DNA from: Obrimoposthia wandeli
Lineage: Eukaryota
Assembly (NCBI GenBank): GCA_977020255.1
Contig: CDROCS010000480.1
Location: 744,001-808,000, forward strand
DNA: 64,000 bases
Direction of reading: 5' to 3'
Below are positions 50,711 to 64,000 of this stretch, one piece after another. Both the position numbers and the translations under genes were made by a program. The notes beneath the pieces are model-generated. The model did not search any database, was not told the origin of the DNA, and saw nothing but the letters and a program-made list of their open reading frames with translations. The number at the start of each line of letters is the position of its first letter. Within the stretch, counting starts at the first letter, position 1.

Positions 50711-52259
50711 TATTTAAACATTTTAACAAGTTCTTGATTTTTAAAATATTGATATATGTTTCTTTCATTGATTCTTCATAATTCTCGAGAATTTTTTTGT
50801 TGTTGTTTAATTATTTTAAATCATTTTTCAGAATTACTGTCAAATATTATAAAGCTGTCAAAAATAATGAATTTAAAATGATAACTTACAAAGATACTTT
50901 TCAAGTCTTGAACTTCAAGAAGATCCATCAAAAATAATGTGATTTGATAATGTACGTTTAATTATAATTCATTTATTAATTGTGAATTAAACATGATATT
51001 AGTTATTACATGACAAAGATTACTGTTATTTTTATTAAGCAGATATCTTACACATTAAGCTTATTAAGCAAAATATTATGTGCAATAAACCTTATTACGC
51101 AAGACATTTTAAAAATGAAATAAAGACAAAATATATTTTTTAAAAATGCTTCTAAATCTATTGAGTCTTTTCTATATAGGATGCCATGTATATACTTGTC
51201 AGACCTTAGTTATATCTTCAAGAGTATAATTTTTTTCTTTTAAATATATATTTTTTTACAGAATTCACACGGCTCGATCTTGTATCATTAAATTGTAGTA
51301 TGAATTTTTAAAAATAAGTTATTAAACCTGAAGTTAAAAGGTTAATAAATCAGTGTTGTACGAAAGAAATAATTAGTTAAATATGGATAAATCCAATAGA
51401 AGTACAGCTTATTTCAATATTCTTATGAAGGCACAATATATTCAAAGTAAGAAGATATACAGTAATTTTCTTGCTGCATTAGAAAATGGAGCAAGTGGTA
51501 GAGTGCAACAAGCTAATTTAATCATCACTTCTATACAGTGAAAATTACTAAAATTTGTTTAGGTAATAGTTACAATAAGAGAAAGTAGATAGAAAAAAAT
51601 CGATCAGTCACTTATGGAAATTGACTAATATTTTGTGAAAATTGTATATTTCTTCCTTATGCCCTCCTGTGATATAAAACAAATCTGATATATTTTATAA
51701 TTTCCTTATTTCATTTAGTAAGATCTAACAAATTTGAAGTCTGATGTATTTACAAAAGCCGTTTTACTCACAAATAAAAGTAGATCAATTTTGTTTTTAT
51801 TTTCCAAAAGTTATAAAAGTTTATTTTTTGTATAAATAAATTTTGTCTGAAAAAATATGTTCATGTACAAATACTTTTCGATCAAAATGATGTAAGAAAG
51901 CTTAATTTTGATGCCACTTTTTTTGAAAATTAAAATATATATATTTAAAAGAAAAAAAGGACCCTTGGAGATGGTACCAAGGTCTGACCAAGTATATACA
52001 GGGATATCCAATATCAAAGACTCCATGTAAATACGACTTGTAGAAGACAAAGTAAATTTTGAACTATATGGAAACTCTTGAAAGCCATACGTTTTGTCAG
52101 GCGATCAAAACGTATTACCTTCAAGAAAACTTCACCATGACTACAGAGTAAATAAGGCAAGTCATGGAAGACGTCAGCATACACACATCGAGATTTATAG
52201 AACAAAAGATATGGCTCATCATCATAACCTAAGACTTTTTAATTATTTTTTGATTTTGC

Positions 52260-52460
52260 AGCCATTTTTTTAAATTTTAACAAAATATTTTGAAAATTTA
52301 AACAAAAAACTATGACTTGATCCTACACACCTATAGATTTATCGAACAAAGACATGCCATCTGTGAACTTGAAAATGACTTACTCGAGAGAAAGTTGACC
52401 TACTTTTATTGACATTGACTTACAACTCCCTGACCTTGATCGACTCGGGGGAAATTTGGC
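52260..52460 (+). repeat. Possible decayed copy of the element-A-family TIR
   Basis: ttttgaaaatttaaacaaaa and gaccttgatcgactcggg resemble 15285-15372; short and weak. Confidence 0.35.
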
Positions 52461-52893
52461 CTACATTTGTCGAATATTGGCTGCATATTACAAATACTTA
52501 CCGAATTTCGTCGAAAAAACTTCGATAACTCTGGAGAATCTTTCTTCTCGAATATATACATCTTCTACAAACGACATATGCTTCGCTTGTTTCTTGCTTT
52601 CTTATATTAGAAGGGTCTGGTATTTCACTCTATTTAATTTAACATTTCCCTTGAACACGCCGCGGAAATTTTCAATTATAAACGAAAATCAGTGAAAGAA
52701 TTTTCAAACGATGAATCTAAAACTGCGCGAAAGTTATTATTATTGAAGGTGAATATACTTAATACGTTAATATACGTTAATGGTTAAAATGAATTTAAAT
52801 ATAAATGTATTTGTACTTATTTGTTTGACTTTGAATAAATTTATCCGACTATCCAGTATTTAAATATGAAAATAAATAGCTATTTATTTGTAG

Positions 52894-53446
52894 GACGGAC
52901 TTCTTTCCGGGTCTTGGATGGATGATGCTCAGATCACTGTGGGACGAGCTGGAGCCTCAATGGCCTATCATTTTTTGGGATGACTTCTTACGCTCCCCTT
53001 TTATCCGCAAGGAGCGCCAATGCATTCGACCCGAGATCAGTAGAACCTCTAACTTTGGTCAAATTGGCGTGTCCGCATCCCAGTTCTACACCGACTACAT
53101 TCAGGCCGTAAAGACAAATCGACAAATCGTTGACTTCAGTAAGCTCGATCTCAGCTACCTCTTACACGATGAGTATCAGATCAACTTCATCTATCAACTC
53201 AATCATAGCAAAGAATTCCCTTTTGCCAACGTTCCAGTTATTTCAAAGTACAAGAATCTACCGTCTAGTATAAAAATACCATACAAATCTGAGAGTGAAT
53301 TTAAAACCATCGCTTTCCAGTTCGGTTTGTTTCCAGAATTGAGATTTGGCATGCCCAGAACTTCGTATCTTGGAATAATTTATTTTATGTACAATAACAA
53401 AAATATTTACATTTATCCAGCCAAATTTAATAATACAATTAAATAA
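52894..53446 (+). CDS. MGAT1: MGAT1 exon 4 (last); four exons total 1260 nt = 419 aa plus stop
   Basis: (R)TDFFPGLGWM..WPIIFWDDFLR..RQCIRPEISRTSNFGQIGVS..QFY..LDLSYL. Confidence 0.95.
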
Positions 53447-55289
53447 GTACTTCTGCTTTTTGTTATCTTTCTTTTATAATTTGTTAAATTGAAAAGTTAA
53501 TTTATCACTTTTAAAGTTTATCATCTGATTTTTTTCAAATGCACACTAGCCCATTTAAAATGTAATTAAAATAATGTTTTCATAAAAGTTATTAAATAGC
53601 AAATAAACACTTCCATAAACTTATACAAATTATAGGAAGCATATACAATACTTTATCTAAAAAGTTTCCCGAAAAATCGGCTATGACAAATCAAAGATTT
53701 AAACATTTTTTGAATGGGCTGCAACTTAGAACTGAATCATTTTTATAAATAGTAAATAAATAACGTTAATAAATCATTTCTACAAAATATTTTAAAGTTA
53801 AACTTAAGCTATACCTCAATTTATTACTTATTACGCAAGTAAATAAACTGCTTGATCAAAAATTTCCGACTTGTTTTAACTCTGAATGAGATAAAACGTT
53901 ATTCAGATCAAATATATGTTTATTAGTTTCTTATTTTTTTTACAAAATATCATTATATTTCTTATTATGTTACTAATGAGTTATTACTAATAACAGAACT
54001 GTCTCAAACATCCATACATTGTGTATTATTATGCTGATCTTAATGTAGATTATAACGTACATGTTCTATTAATTATATATATTAAGAAATATGATATAAT
54101 TGTGAGACTAATTTAACAAGAAACATCTATAATTCCTTATTGTATAACAATAATTAAAAGCTGATATAGCTATCTGTGTTATACATTTCAGTAAATACTA
54201 TGATTTAGAGGAGTGTTTTTCAGCATTTTTCCATGTTATAGTTCTTGATTGTTTCAGTTTTTCTGCAGAATTGACCGCCATATTCCAGGGTTATCCGGCC
54301 AACTATTTTTGTTTCAATTTAATACCTTGATTTTCTTTTTCATTACACCTTATAGTTGAGTTAAAATAAGATGGACTTCGGTTCATCTAAAAATTAAAAC
54401 TTAAGCTTCAACCAAAACTTTGAATTACATATATTCATAATCATCATCACTTTTATACTAAAATTGGCGTCTGGATGACTCAAAAGTGATGATAATTTTG
54501 TTTGGTCATAGCAGTTAATCGCTGTCATCAAATTCACTTTGCATTTTCAGTGTATAATACCTTCATGTCAACTTAATTTTTATTTAAAAAGCATAATAAT
54601 GAAGTGATTTTTATAATTTTTAACTTTCTTAAAATAGTATTAATTTTCTTGTTTAGCATTTTTAATTACAATTTTGTGAAGATCTATGAATATGAGAAGC
54701 TCACATATAGAAAACATTCTTTTCGTGGTTGATGACATCTCATATTTATATATTATTCTTATAAAACTCTTAGTATATTCAGTTATTAGCGAACCATTTT
54801 TGTCCTGATAAAAGTATATCTAACTAGTTTACAGCGCTAAAACAAACATTCTTTAATAACGAACTATTCGATTGATATGTTGGTGGTACATCAAAGCAGT
54901 ATATAATTGTAATAGGAATTACTGTCAATTTAGTAGTAGGTCATTGACTAATATTTGAGAAAAACTCAAATCAAGATATATCAAGTAGAGTTCATGTTAA
55001 AAATTCCCTTTCTTTGAAGGTATTTAGAGAAATAATAAAAAATAGCCTTTTTAAATGCATCATTACGCTAACAATTTATAAATATGTAAAAATAAAATTC
55101 AGAATAATAAGCATTGAATGGAAATATAATATGTTTATCAAGTGGGATAAAATTGATGTTAAAATTAGGTAAAAATGGCTCATGTAATAATACTATTATA
55201 ATTCATGTAACTAATAGCAATAGTAAGCAGTTTAATATTTCAAAAGTTTTATTTTTTTACATTTAGAAGCCTCTCAAAGCTGTGTAATG

Positions 55290-55400
55290 GATGATTAAAC
55301 GACTTTTTACTATAGAGTCAACATAAGGATGTTGGCAATAAGTTTCAGCGTCCAACGTTTTCTGACTCCGCTTAAGAAGTTCTTTAAACTTTCTTGATAG
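55290..55400 (-). mobile_element. Mariner-like transposase scrap
   Basis: ELLKRSQKTLDAETYCQ resembles mariner ELL..TI.AE.YC.Q. Confidence 0.4.
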
Positions 55401-58400
55401 GAACCGTCAAATTTAAATTATATGAATTTTTGACATAAAATGAGAAACAATTCAATAAAGTTGATATACTAGATGATTCTAATTACTTAATTTTTTAAAT
55501 AAATTTTTGTGGGGTATTATATTTATAAAGTTGAGAAAAAAAAATTTTGTTGTCAAATTCGATTTGAAATTTTTAAAATTTGGAAAAAAATTAAAATACA
55601 GTTTATCAAATTTAAATTCATATTAGATTTAATTTATGTTCTCTACATTTTTTTAAAAATTCAGCTTTATTACAATTCTGAAAATCTGCAAATCAAAGGA
55701 AACGTTATAGGCCTTTTTTGACAAAAACTCAATTGGGAGTCAAATTGAAGAAAATTTTTCACGAATAATTATAAAAAGGTCTTGTTAACATTAAAATACT
55801 TTTTATGTAAATTGAAAAATCCATAAAAGGCTTTTCTCGGTAGATTGGCTTCGTCAACTTTAATTTTACCAATTACTACTAGAAAATATAAAAAGACAAA
55901 TAATAAATTGTGTATATATTATTCTCAATAATAGATGATCATCTATCCAGATTGAATCAAAGACTGCAAAGAGCGATCCATGAACTAAATGAAATTATTA
56001 AATTAATAGTAATTAACAAAAAAATAATTTAACAGAAAAATTTCTAATTCGTTTTTTATTATTTCAGTCCCAAAAAAGTAAAAAAACTAAAGAACTTTTG
56101 AATAATTAAAAATATATTATTTTTTGACAATTTAATATATATATTAAATAAATATATATATATAATTCTATAAAGAGAAGCATGTCTCAAATATGATTCA
56201 AATTAACAAATTTGGAAATAAATAAAAGTTAATATTTTTTATAAACATTACTAACAATATTTATTAACATAACATTAAACATGATATTCGGGTAGAATAA
56301 TATGATCTTAAAAATAGTTTACAAGTTACATAGCAACGTATTTTTCAATAGATTTCGTCAGGAAAGTTAGATTTGAAACATATCTGTAGTTTGACATCGT
56401 AGCAAAATTCTTCTTCATAAATTGGATCTGGATCAAATTCACGAACTGATGAATTGTTTTGAATCAATTATGTCTTAGAACTTCAGCTCAATTTGTTACT
56501 TGTAAAATGTTGAGTTTTGCTGTATTTTCTTCTGTTCCTTTTTCAGGTTTGATTGATTCTATTTTAATTTCATTAAGTCATTAGTTTTCACAATTTTTAC
56601 TTTACATCATAGATATCCCATAATAATTATGTATGGGCAATAAATATGGTCATTTTTAGTCCTAAACCCAGATATAAACTTTAGAAAAGTGAATGTATAA
56701 ACATTTATTTCGGAGAAGTACTAGGATCCAATTTACACTACTTCTTTTTCTCAAGCTATACAATATTTGTTTGCAAATTGGTGGTAACTAATCGCATGTA
56801 GATTAGCATCAGTAAATTGATTTATTTGCTTTGACTTGTCTAAATTCATTATGGAAAATGTTTGCTTACAAATATATGTTGATCTAAATAATGAAGAATA
56901 AATAGCAGCTTTATCATAAAAATTTAGACATGAACATTTTGGTAAGCATTTATAAAAATTGCTCAGAATACCATCACAATATTTGATTCAACAATGATCG
57001 ATGATATTAAGTCGATAAGTTCTAACTTTATATCGCGGTGAACCTCCAAGTTAGCAATGAAAGTATTCGAAAATAATTCAATTTCTGTTGCTTTTTGAAA
57101 TCGCTAAAAAATTAAATTGACGATAAATCTATGCTAAAGATTTTCTAAATATATCTATTAAAGAGAAAATAAGAAATAAAAATGAATAAAATTCTTGTTT
57201 TAAGTTTTGAATTTTTCAACTTTTTATGCTTTATTAAGTTATTAAAAAAAATGACATAATTTTGAATTTGAACATTAAATAAACCGCTCTAAGACAAACA
57301 TCCCCTGGACAGCAACTCTCTTAGATAATCCCACGGAAAATTTGCCTGAATATACCTACCTCAAATATTAAAGTATCATTTTAAAATTGTTATTAATGGT
57401 GTGGAATCTCCACAATAATTATTTTCTTTTCAAACAGACGATTTATTTTTTTCATAACTTGTAATAAAATCTAAACTTGATAAGTTTTGTTAAAGTTTCA
57501 TCTCAGTAATTAAAAACTAATTTCTTTATAACCTTTAAATATGTCCTGAATTAATACTGAAATTGTTACAGGATTCAAAGATTCAAAGGTCATTTAGTAA
57601 CAAATTGGGATTATTTATATTAAAATCAGTGACGTCATTAACAAAATGAAAATTTATTAATTACTGTAGTATTGTCGAAAGATTCAAAAACAAGTTGATT
57701 TTCAAGTTACAGCAGTTGCTTTGATAAAATTATTTAATATAATAATTCTTTTTATTAATTAGTATGTTGCTTAATTTCCTGTGTTGTCATGTTGTAAATT
57801 GTTTGGTAACTAATGTCATGGTGAAGAATGACACATGGAGGGATTAACTTAGGTGGATGTTGTCCTGATACAAAAATAAATATTTTAAAAGTTATAATAA
57901 TTGTAAATAAATAAATATTAAGAAATTTAATTTCAAAATAATTCAAAATCATTAATATTAGTGTATTTTACTTTTTCTCTATGAACAAAAAATAAATGTT
58001 ATTTATTATTATAACTTACAAAAATAATTGTAAAAAATAGTTCTGTAAACCATTTAGTTAAAAATTTGAATATTTAAGAGCATTTCCGCCAAATTATTTT
58101 GATTGTTTAGTTCAAAATTTTTAGTTTTTTTAACAGTTAAGAATGATAAAAATGTTATCTTATAAATATTTAATTTTATTTAAAAAATAATATTATTTTA
58201 ATATTTAGATGCACTCCGTTGTGATTATTTCTTTGTAAGACAAATGATTTTATTTCGAATGTTTAAATATTGAATTCTGCTTTTTCTGTCTTTAAGGTTA
58301 GAACCCACCTCACTTTTAGCTAGTTTCACTTGCATTAGCGTATATTTATATTACAACAGAAAATATATTAGCTTTGGTACTATCAAATACAACAGCATGT

Positions 58401-58559
58401 AACAAACGATGGCAGATAGTAAAAATATGTATCACACGGATTAAAAGCACACAAAGCAACAATAAAAATATAATGCTTTTTCAGTCAATAGTTTCTAAAT
58501 GTTAGTACTTCTGGTGTGAGAGTATGGTAACATAAGAAAACTATATTCATAGTAAACAC

Positions 58560-60170
58560 ATGCAGGTACAAATATTCTCTACAGCAATCGTAAGATTAAA
58601 CTCCCATATCGTGCCTCTGTACTTTCCAGTGATGCATTTTATAGCATCTTACTATGGCACTTGTGAGTACGGTATTAACATTACCCTTAATGCAAATTAC
58701 TACTTAAACATATTCACCATATGTAGCTCCTCTAGAGATTATAATTTCGAGATTCAGCTCCTTCTTGATTTTCTTGTGAGCCTCAGTATACCTTGCCACC
58801 TAATTTCTGTCCCTTGTATGAACGACTTTTTCATTTACAGATTGAGCCAGGCAACTCCAAAAGTCTCTGCATTCTTGTATTCGTTTGTTTCCTAAGGATA
58901 TTAGTTCAAGTCTAAAGACTTGTAATCCTCCACGATCCGCATAAGCCATTTTGAAGACCTGGATTATGGCCTGTATATTATACTCATCTGTGATACTTTG
59001 GATACCGAATCGTCCATGATTTTTGTGACCAAGCAAGGTTCCAAGATGGGTATTTTTAGGCAGTCCTGCAATTCTTTGGAGTTGTTTTCTCACTTGCCAG
59101 CCATAAGCGTATTTTGTTACCGCATTAGTACATCTATCACTGGTGAATCTGTAGTAAGAGATGTAGTTTGGTCTAAAACTGAATATAAACTTGGAGTGCA
59201 CAAAGTTTTTATACACTGAGATATTCTGGTGAGGGTACAGTCTGCTATTCATGATCTTCATAGTCATGTCAAGATTCCCCTCAAATCGATTCTCGTATAT
59301 GTGTTTTGTATCTGCATTCATGTTCATACCAAGATACCTGTAGGCACTATCTGTAATTACCGCAGGTTCTCCGTCGATTTCTTTCTTTATATATCTGTTA
59401 ATGCTGCTCCAGAAGGGAATTCTGAGTCTTCCATATTTACTGGGTCTTAATCTTAATTGGGTCATACTGCAGTATCTGTTGCAGTATCCACCATCGTCTT
59501 CAATACAGATTTGTCCTCAGCGAGTAAGGCAAGATCATCCGCATATGCTAGGGTAGCAAATTGTGTAGAACCCAGTTTGAACCCAGCATTGGGTACTTTG
59601 TTCACTGACTCAATGACGGAATTAATACAGAGATTAAAAATAATCATGGACAATTGGCAACCTTGGCGTACACCCTTCTTAATGGGTATACCTTTAATCT
59701 TAGTTTCTCCACATTGGATGGCGGTTTTGTTCTCGTAAATACTGTGTACAAGTTTACACATCTCCTCAGAAATGTTAACGTTCAACATCATTCCCACGAT
59801 GAAGTCTTTGGGCACTGACCCAAAGGTATCAGATATATCCGGGAATGCAAGATGACAGGATCGTTTGTTTCTGTGACACTCTTGGTTACGAGATTGAGTA
59901 TCACATTGTGCTTAAAACAGCCCTTAAACTTGCTGATACTCTTTTGGGATGGATGTAGAAGTTTTTCTTTCCATGACCAGTTTCGTAGATCAGAAGCAAT
60001 TATGCTTGTCAGTACTTTGTAAAGGAAACTCATAACCGCAATTGATCTCCACACAGTAATGTCGCTATAAAAATATTTTCTAGCTTTTGGAATAAACGAT
60101 GATTCAAGCAAACAAAGCGGTGGCAACATTAACATTTCATTTCGGGCTTTCAATCAAAATCCCTGAAACA
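58560..60170 (-). mobile_element. Decayed non-LTR retrotransposon, R2/NeSL/R4-like
   Basis: WRSIAVMSFLYKVL, SQK..GC..H, GVRQGCQLS..FNL, LAYADDL, YRYLG, HGRFG; frameshifts. Confidence 0.9.
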
Positions 60171-60526
60171 TAACTAGCTCTATTGAAAAAATCATTTATT
60201 TTTATTGCAGAAAATTTCATATATTGAAGCAATTCGTGTGTGCGTTCTTTTAATATTTTCACATACAAATTGAAATCAATTCCAATGTGAACGGAGATCA
60301 ATAATGGAAACATTAATCAAAAATATTAATTTTAAAAGAAACATTCAACACATTATTCAAAACAAGTGTATTCTTTACGAATTTTATTAAAACTGCTTCT
60401 TATATACTCTATTGCTTTATTAAATAAGAGAATGTTGTGGAATATTGGAAATTGTAACGCATTAAATATGATTAACACAAATTGTAATCCAACAAACTTT
60501 TAAAATGACAGAATAAAAAATTTAAT

Positions 60527-60937
60527 TTAAAAATCCACCATATGCGTGAATACAGCAAAAAATACGGAAACATTTTCCATCGAGTTCTGAAATTTTATGT
60601 ACTCATTAATGTAAGTAGATGCTCTTTTATTTATTGTTCTTTTGTTTAAATATTTAAAACTCCCAATACGTTCATGTAAGTTTTCTTTAGTAAAAAGTGA
60701 TTTTGCTAAAACTAAATTGACAAAAATCATCTAAAATAAATATATTCATTTTATACAGACCTCTTCCAATGGCATTTTATTAGATGCATATTGAGGAGTC
60801 TTGCAGAATGTTTGATATTGGTCGAAAATGGTTTTCAGTTGTACGCAACAGCGCACATAGCCATCAAACTTTACGTAACACTCTTTTTTATTTTCCGAAT
60901 AGAGAGCAACAATTTTTTCGAATAGAAAATGATTCAC
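60527..60937 (-). CDS. Unidentified two-exon coding segment (host gene?)
   Basis: ORFs 60746-60937 and 60527-60730 can be joined in phase 0 by a 30-nt GT-AG intron (60731-60760); no family recognised. Confidence 0.3.
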
Positions 60938-63581
60938 GTGAATGCCTAGAATTAAAAATATACAATATGTAAATTTTGAGTCTTTTATTAAAGCCCGTCC
61001 CAGAACTATATATAATTTAGATATTCCGATTTTATCAAATTATTTCAACAAATTACATTAAAATTGTACAATATTCTAATAGCAAATTATATTTAATTTG
61101 AAAATAAAACCGTAAAAAATGTGTTGTGAAAGTTATATTAAACATAGATTCTAAATAAAACATATTTGTCCCTAAGTGTCAGATATACAAAAAGGTTTAA
61201 CAAATTAAAAATAATAAACATCAAACCGAAATATATTTGTTACTTTTTAAGGAAATATTTTTTAAACTCTAAAACAGTAGAATGTCTACTCGTAAAGCTT
61301 TCATTTAATTGTTTAACATAATGTTGTCAACAATGTTTTATATATTTTTTTATTGTTCAGATTTGGGGACTTATCTACCAGTCAAAAAACAGCGGTCAAA
61401 AAGTATTTTAGACCATTAGATCCGTTGTGACACAATAGTTTATCAACGTCAAACTATCGTTTTGGGATATTTTTTATTCACTTTCTTTTGTGATCTTGGG
61501 TAAGAACAGGAGCCTTCTTTAGTTTATCATATTTTAACATGAACTTCTTTAATATACAGTGTACACTACAGTGATTAGCTATACCACGTGCTATGAATTT
61601 CACTGATTTTGTCCTTTCTTTGAGTTTGAGACAGTTGAAGGTCATCTTTTTAAAATTGTGTTAATATTCAAAAGTGTCTTGTAAAAGTTGTGCAGATAAT
61701 CTATTTTCTATCTTTCTTCCAATGTTAATAAATTCCCCCTTTGGTATTATATTCCTAAATATAAGTTTAATTTAATTTATCATATCTTACAGTTACACTT
61801 GGATTTTAGGGATCTAAATCGATTTAACAAATTTATTCTTTATAGTTTTGAGACAAATATTTTTTAAGAATTCTTTTGTTGATTTTTAATAAAATATAAT
61901 ATAATTTATTTTTGTATTTTAAAAACTAATAACATATTATTTCGTGGCTTTAGAATAATAGATTTAAGAGTTCAGCTAAAATCTATATATTTTTGGGACA
62001 GGTGATATTAAATCTATAGGACTTATCTAGACCTTGTTTATAATAACCACGACGACAAGCGTATCTTACTTGATAGTCAAACTCCATAAATATTTATGAC
62101 TCAAATCAGTTATCATAGGATATAGAATATATTGTTCAATAAAGACATTACAGATTTTCATGGATGTTAACGATTTATTTTAATTTAAAAATATAAATTA
62201 AAACTTTACCAAATATACAATAATTTTAAAATATTTATTATTAACCAATGACACATATATTTAAAATGAGTGACATCAAAGTATATTTCAAGTATCTAGG
62301 CTAAAATATTTATAAGGTCAAACGCGGTAAAATTGGTGAGATTTTTTATTATTTAATATTTGCTTACTCTTTATCTTAATCTTAAATCTTTATGACAAAA
62401 CGTTAAATTTTTTTTTACTCTAATCACAACACATTGGACATATTTAAAGATATTTTGACTTACGGTACTTTTTATTGTTTTAACTTCTCGTTATTCTAAA
62501 TAATTATGAAAAAATAGAACTTTACAGTTAATGCATGTTAGAAAGATTATGAGAAAAAAATTATAATTGCATTTTAAAATAATTTATTCGATGAATTACA
62601 TTTTAAAGGTGTTTGGAAAACAACAATTTACATATCTAAACTAACAAACCTGATTCACTGAGTGACGATCTTAGTTCCAAAGTATCCAGTGTCCCATCGC
62701 TGTTAACGTCGTACTTCTTAAATAAATCCTGAAATGAATTAGAATAGTGGTTTTGAATGTTAATTAATAATAATTAATAATAATGAGAATACATGAGCAA
62801 GAATGATTATTGGGAAAACATTACTGCATAAACATACCCTCCATTGTATCACATACCACCAAACGTGATTGAAGTTTCCACCATCCAGTCGACCGTTGTA
62901 GTCGTTCTGAAATTATTTCCTTTGCATAAAATGACAAAATTGTAATAAAGCTTAATTTGAAGATTCCAATTCATTGAAAGATTTTCATAATGGAATTTAT
63001 AAAACAAAAACATAAATTCTTCGTGACATTTGAGAAATTTATTTACAAAACAATTCTTACTAACATACACTTTATTATTTAAATATAAAATAATCGACAA
63101 AGCACAAAATTCAGAAGGCATGTTGATCACGAGCTTGTCAAATCTGCTCAAACTTGTTAATCATTATGAAGCTCTAAATTTTGAATAGATGTCCTACGAT
63201 GATTTCGTAATTGCGCAATGGATTTCGTTATCATTTTAAATTTTTACTTTTTTAAACTGTGATAAATTATCGCACATATCTTATGATGTCTGCTAAATAT
63301 AGGTGGAAGTGATATTTATGCAAAAACAGCAATTGTTCAAGATGCGATATTATATGGCCAATGTCGACTAATTTCTCCACAGTGACAGTAAATCACGGAG
63401 TGAATTTGTTGACCCAATCACACTTGCAAATGCTAACCAAATGGAGGCTCTGTGTAGCAGTTCCAATCAGAGAAATGAAAAAGAAACTGAGGCGGTACGC
63501 CATCTTTTTGAAATATTTTAATTGAATTTATGTCGCGTTATCTTTAATGTGAAAATTTATATAAGCACTGTTTGTGCGGTG

Positions 63582-63850
63582 TCAAACATGTTTACCCAGT
63601 TTACAATTAATTACATCATCCCGTTTTAACCGTTTTAAACAATTTTGATCGAAACCATTGATCAAATTTATGTTTTTAAGATAACATAATTCAATTTCTG
63701 TTAACCCGGATTCGCAAACATCACCATAATGCCAATAAATCTTATTAAATCGACTATTAAACATTTTTATTATTTTGTAATAATTTTGTTGCAAAATTTA
63801 ATTTTCCACTTCCACTGGGTCCTACTATTTGATATACCGCATCATTTTAA
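63582..63850 (-). pseudogene. Polinton packaging ATPase 5' fragment
   Basis: DAVYQIVGPSGSGK..FNKIYWHYGD..ESGLTEIE..GFD, homologous to 45347-45592. Confidence 0.85.
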
Positions 63851-64000
63851 GTTTCGTCATTAATAAGAATTAATAAGAATTAATAAGAACTTTTTTTTTT
63901 TTTTATTTACAATTTAAAAAACTCGACGTATTTTATGTTTCAATCCTATGCAAGTAGCTATATAATATAGGTAAATAGCCACAATTTTAATGTTAAAATC

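Noticed and set aside
58998-59738. Plus-strand ORFs over the non-LTR RT
   Set aside because: Antisense shadows of the RT.
1-64000. Host species identification
   Set aside because: AT-richness and short introns suggest a compact-genome invertebrate, but this is not diagnostic without a search.

Overview
AT-rich eukaryotic (probably animal) genomic DNA with short (~37-55 nt) GT-AG introns. It contains a 4-exon MGAT1 (GlcNAc-transferase I, GT13) gene (27937-53446, +) and the last exon of a GT13 paralog (17508-18051). The rest is dominated by Polinton/Maverick elements. One is full-length: 33695-48121, with ~97-bp TIRs and the 6-bp TSD ATCAAG, inside MGAT1 intron 2 and carrying a nested hAT element. 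A second, interrupted element spans ~1950-15494 and holds a 4.4-kb inverted-repeat-bounded cassette. Further fragments lie at ~19800-22600 and ~63580-63850. Besides the canonical genes (pPolB, integrase, ATPase, adenain protease, major and minor capsid), two diverged elements carry an intron-containing TATA-binding-protein (TBP)-like gene divergently paired with a conserved unknown ORF. The elements also carry several spliced accessory genes, a candidate non-canonical AT-AG intron and a dual-specificity (pseudo)phosphatase. Other items are gypsy, RLE non-LTR, hAT, Ginger-like and mariner remnants, a 28S rDNA fragment and a degenerate type I hammerhead ribozyme. All family assignments are motif recognition by eye; no searches were run.
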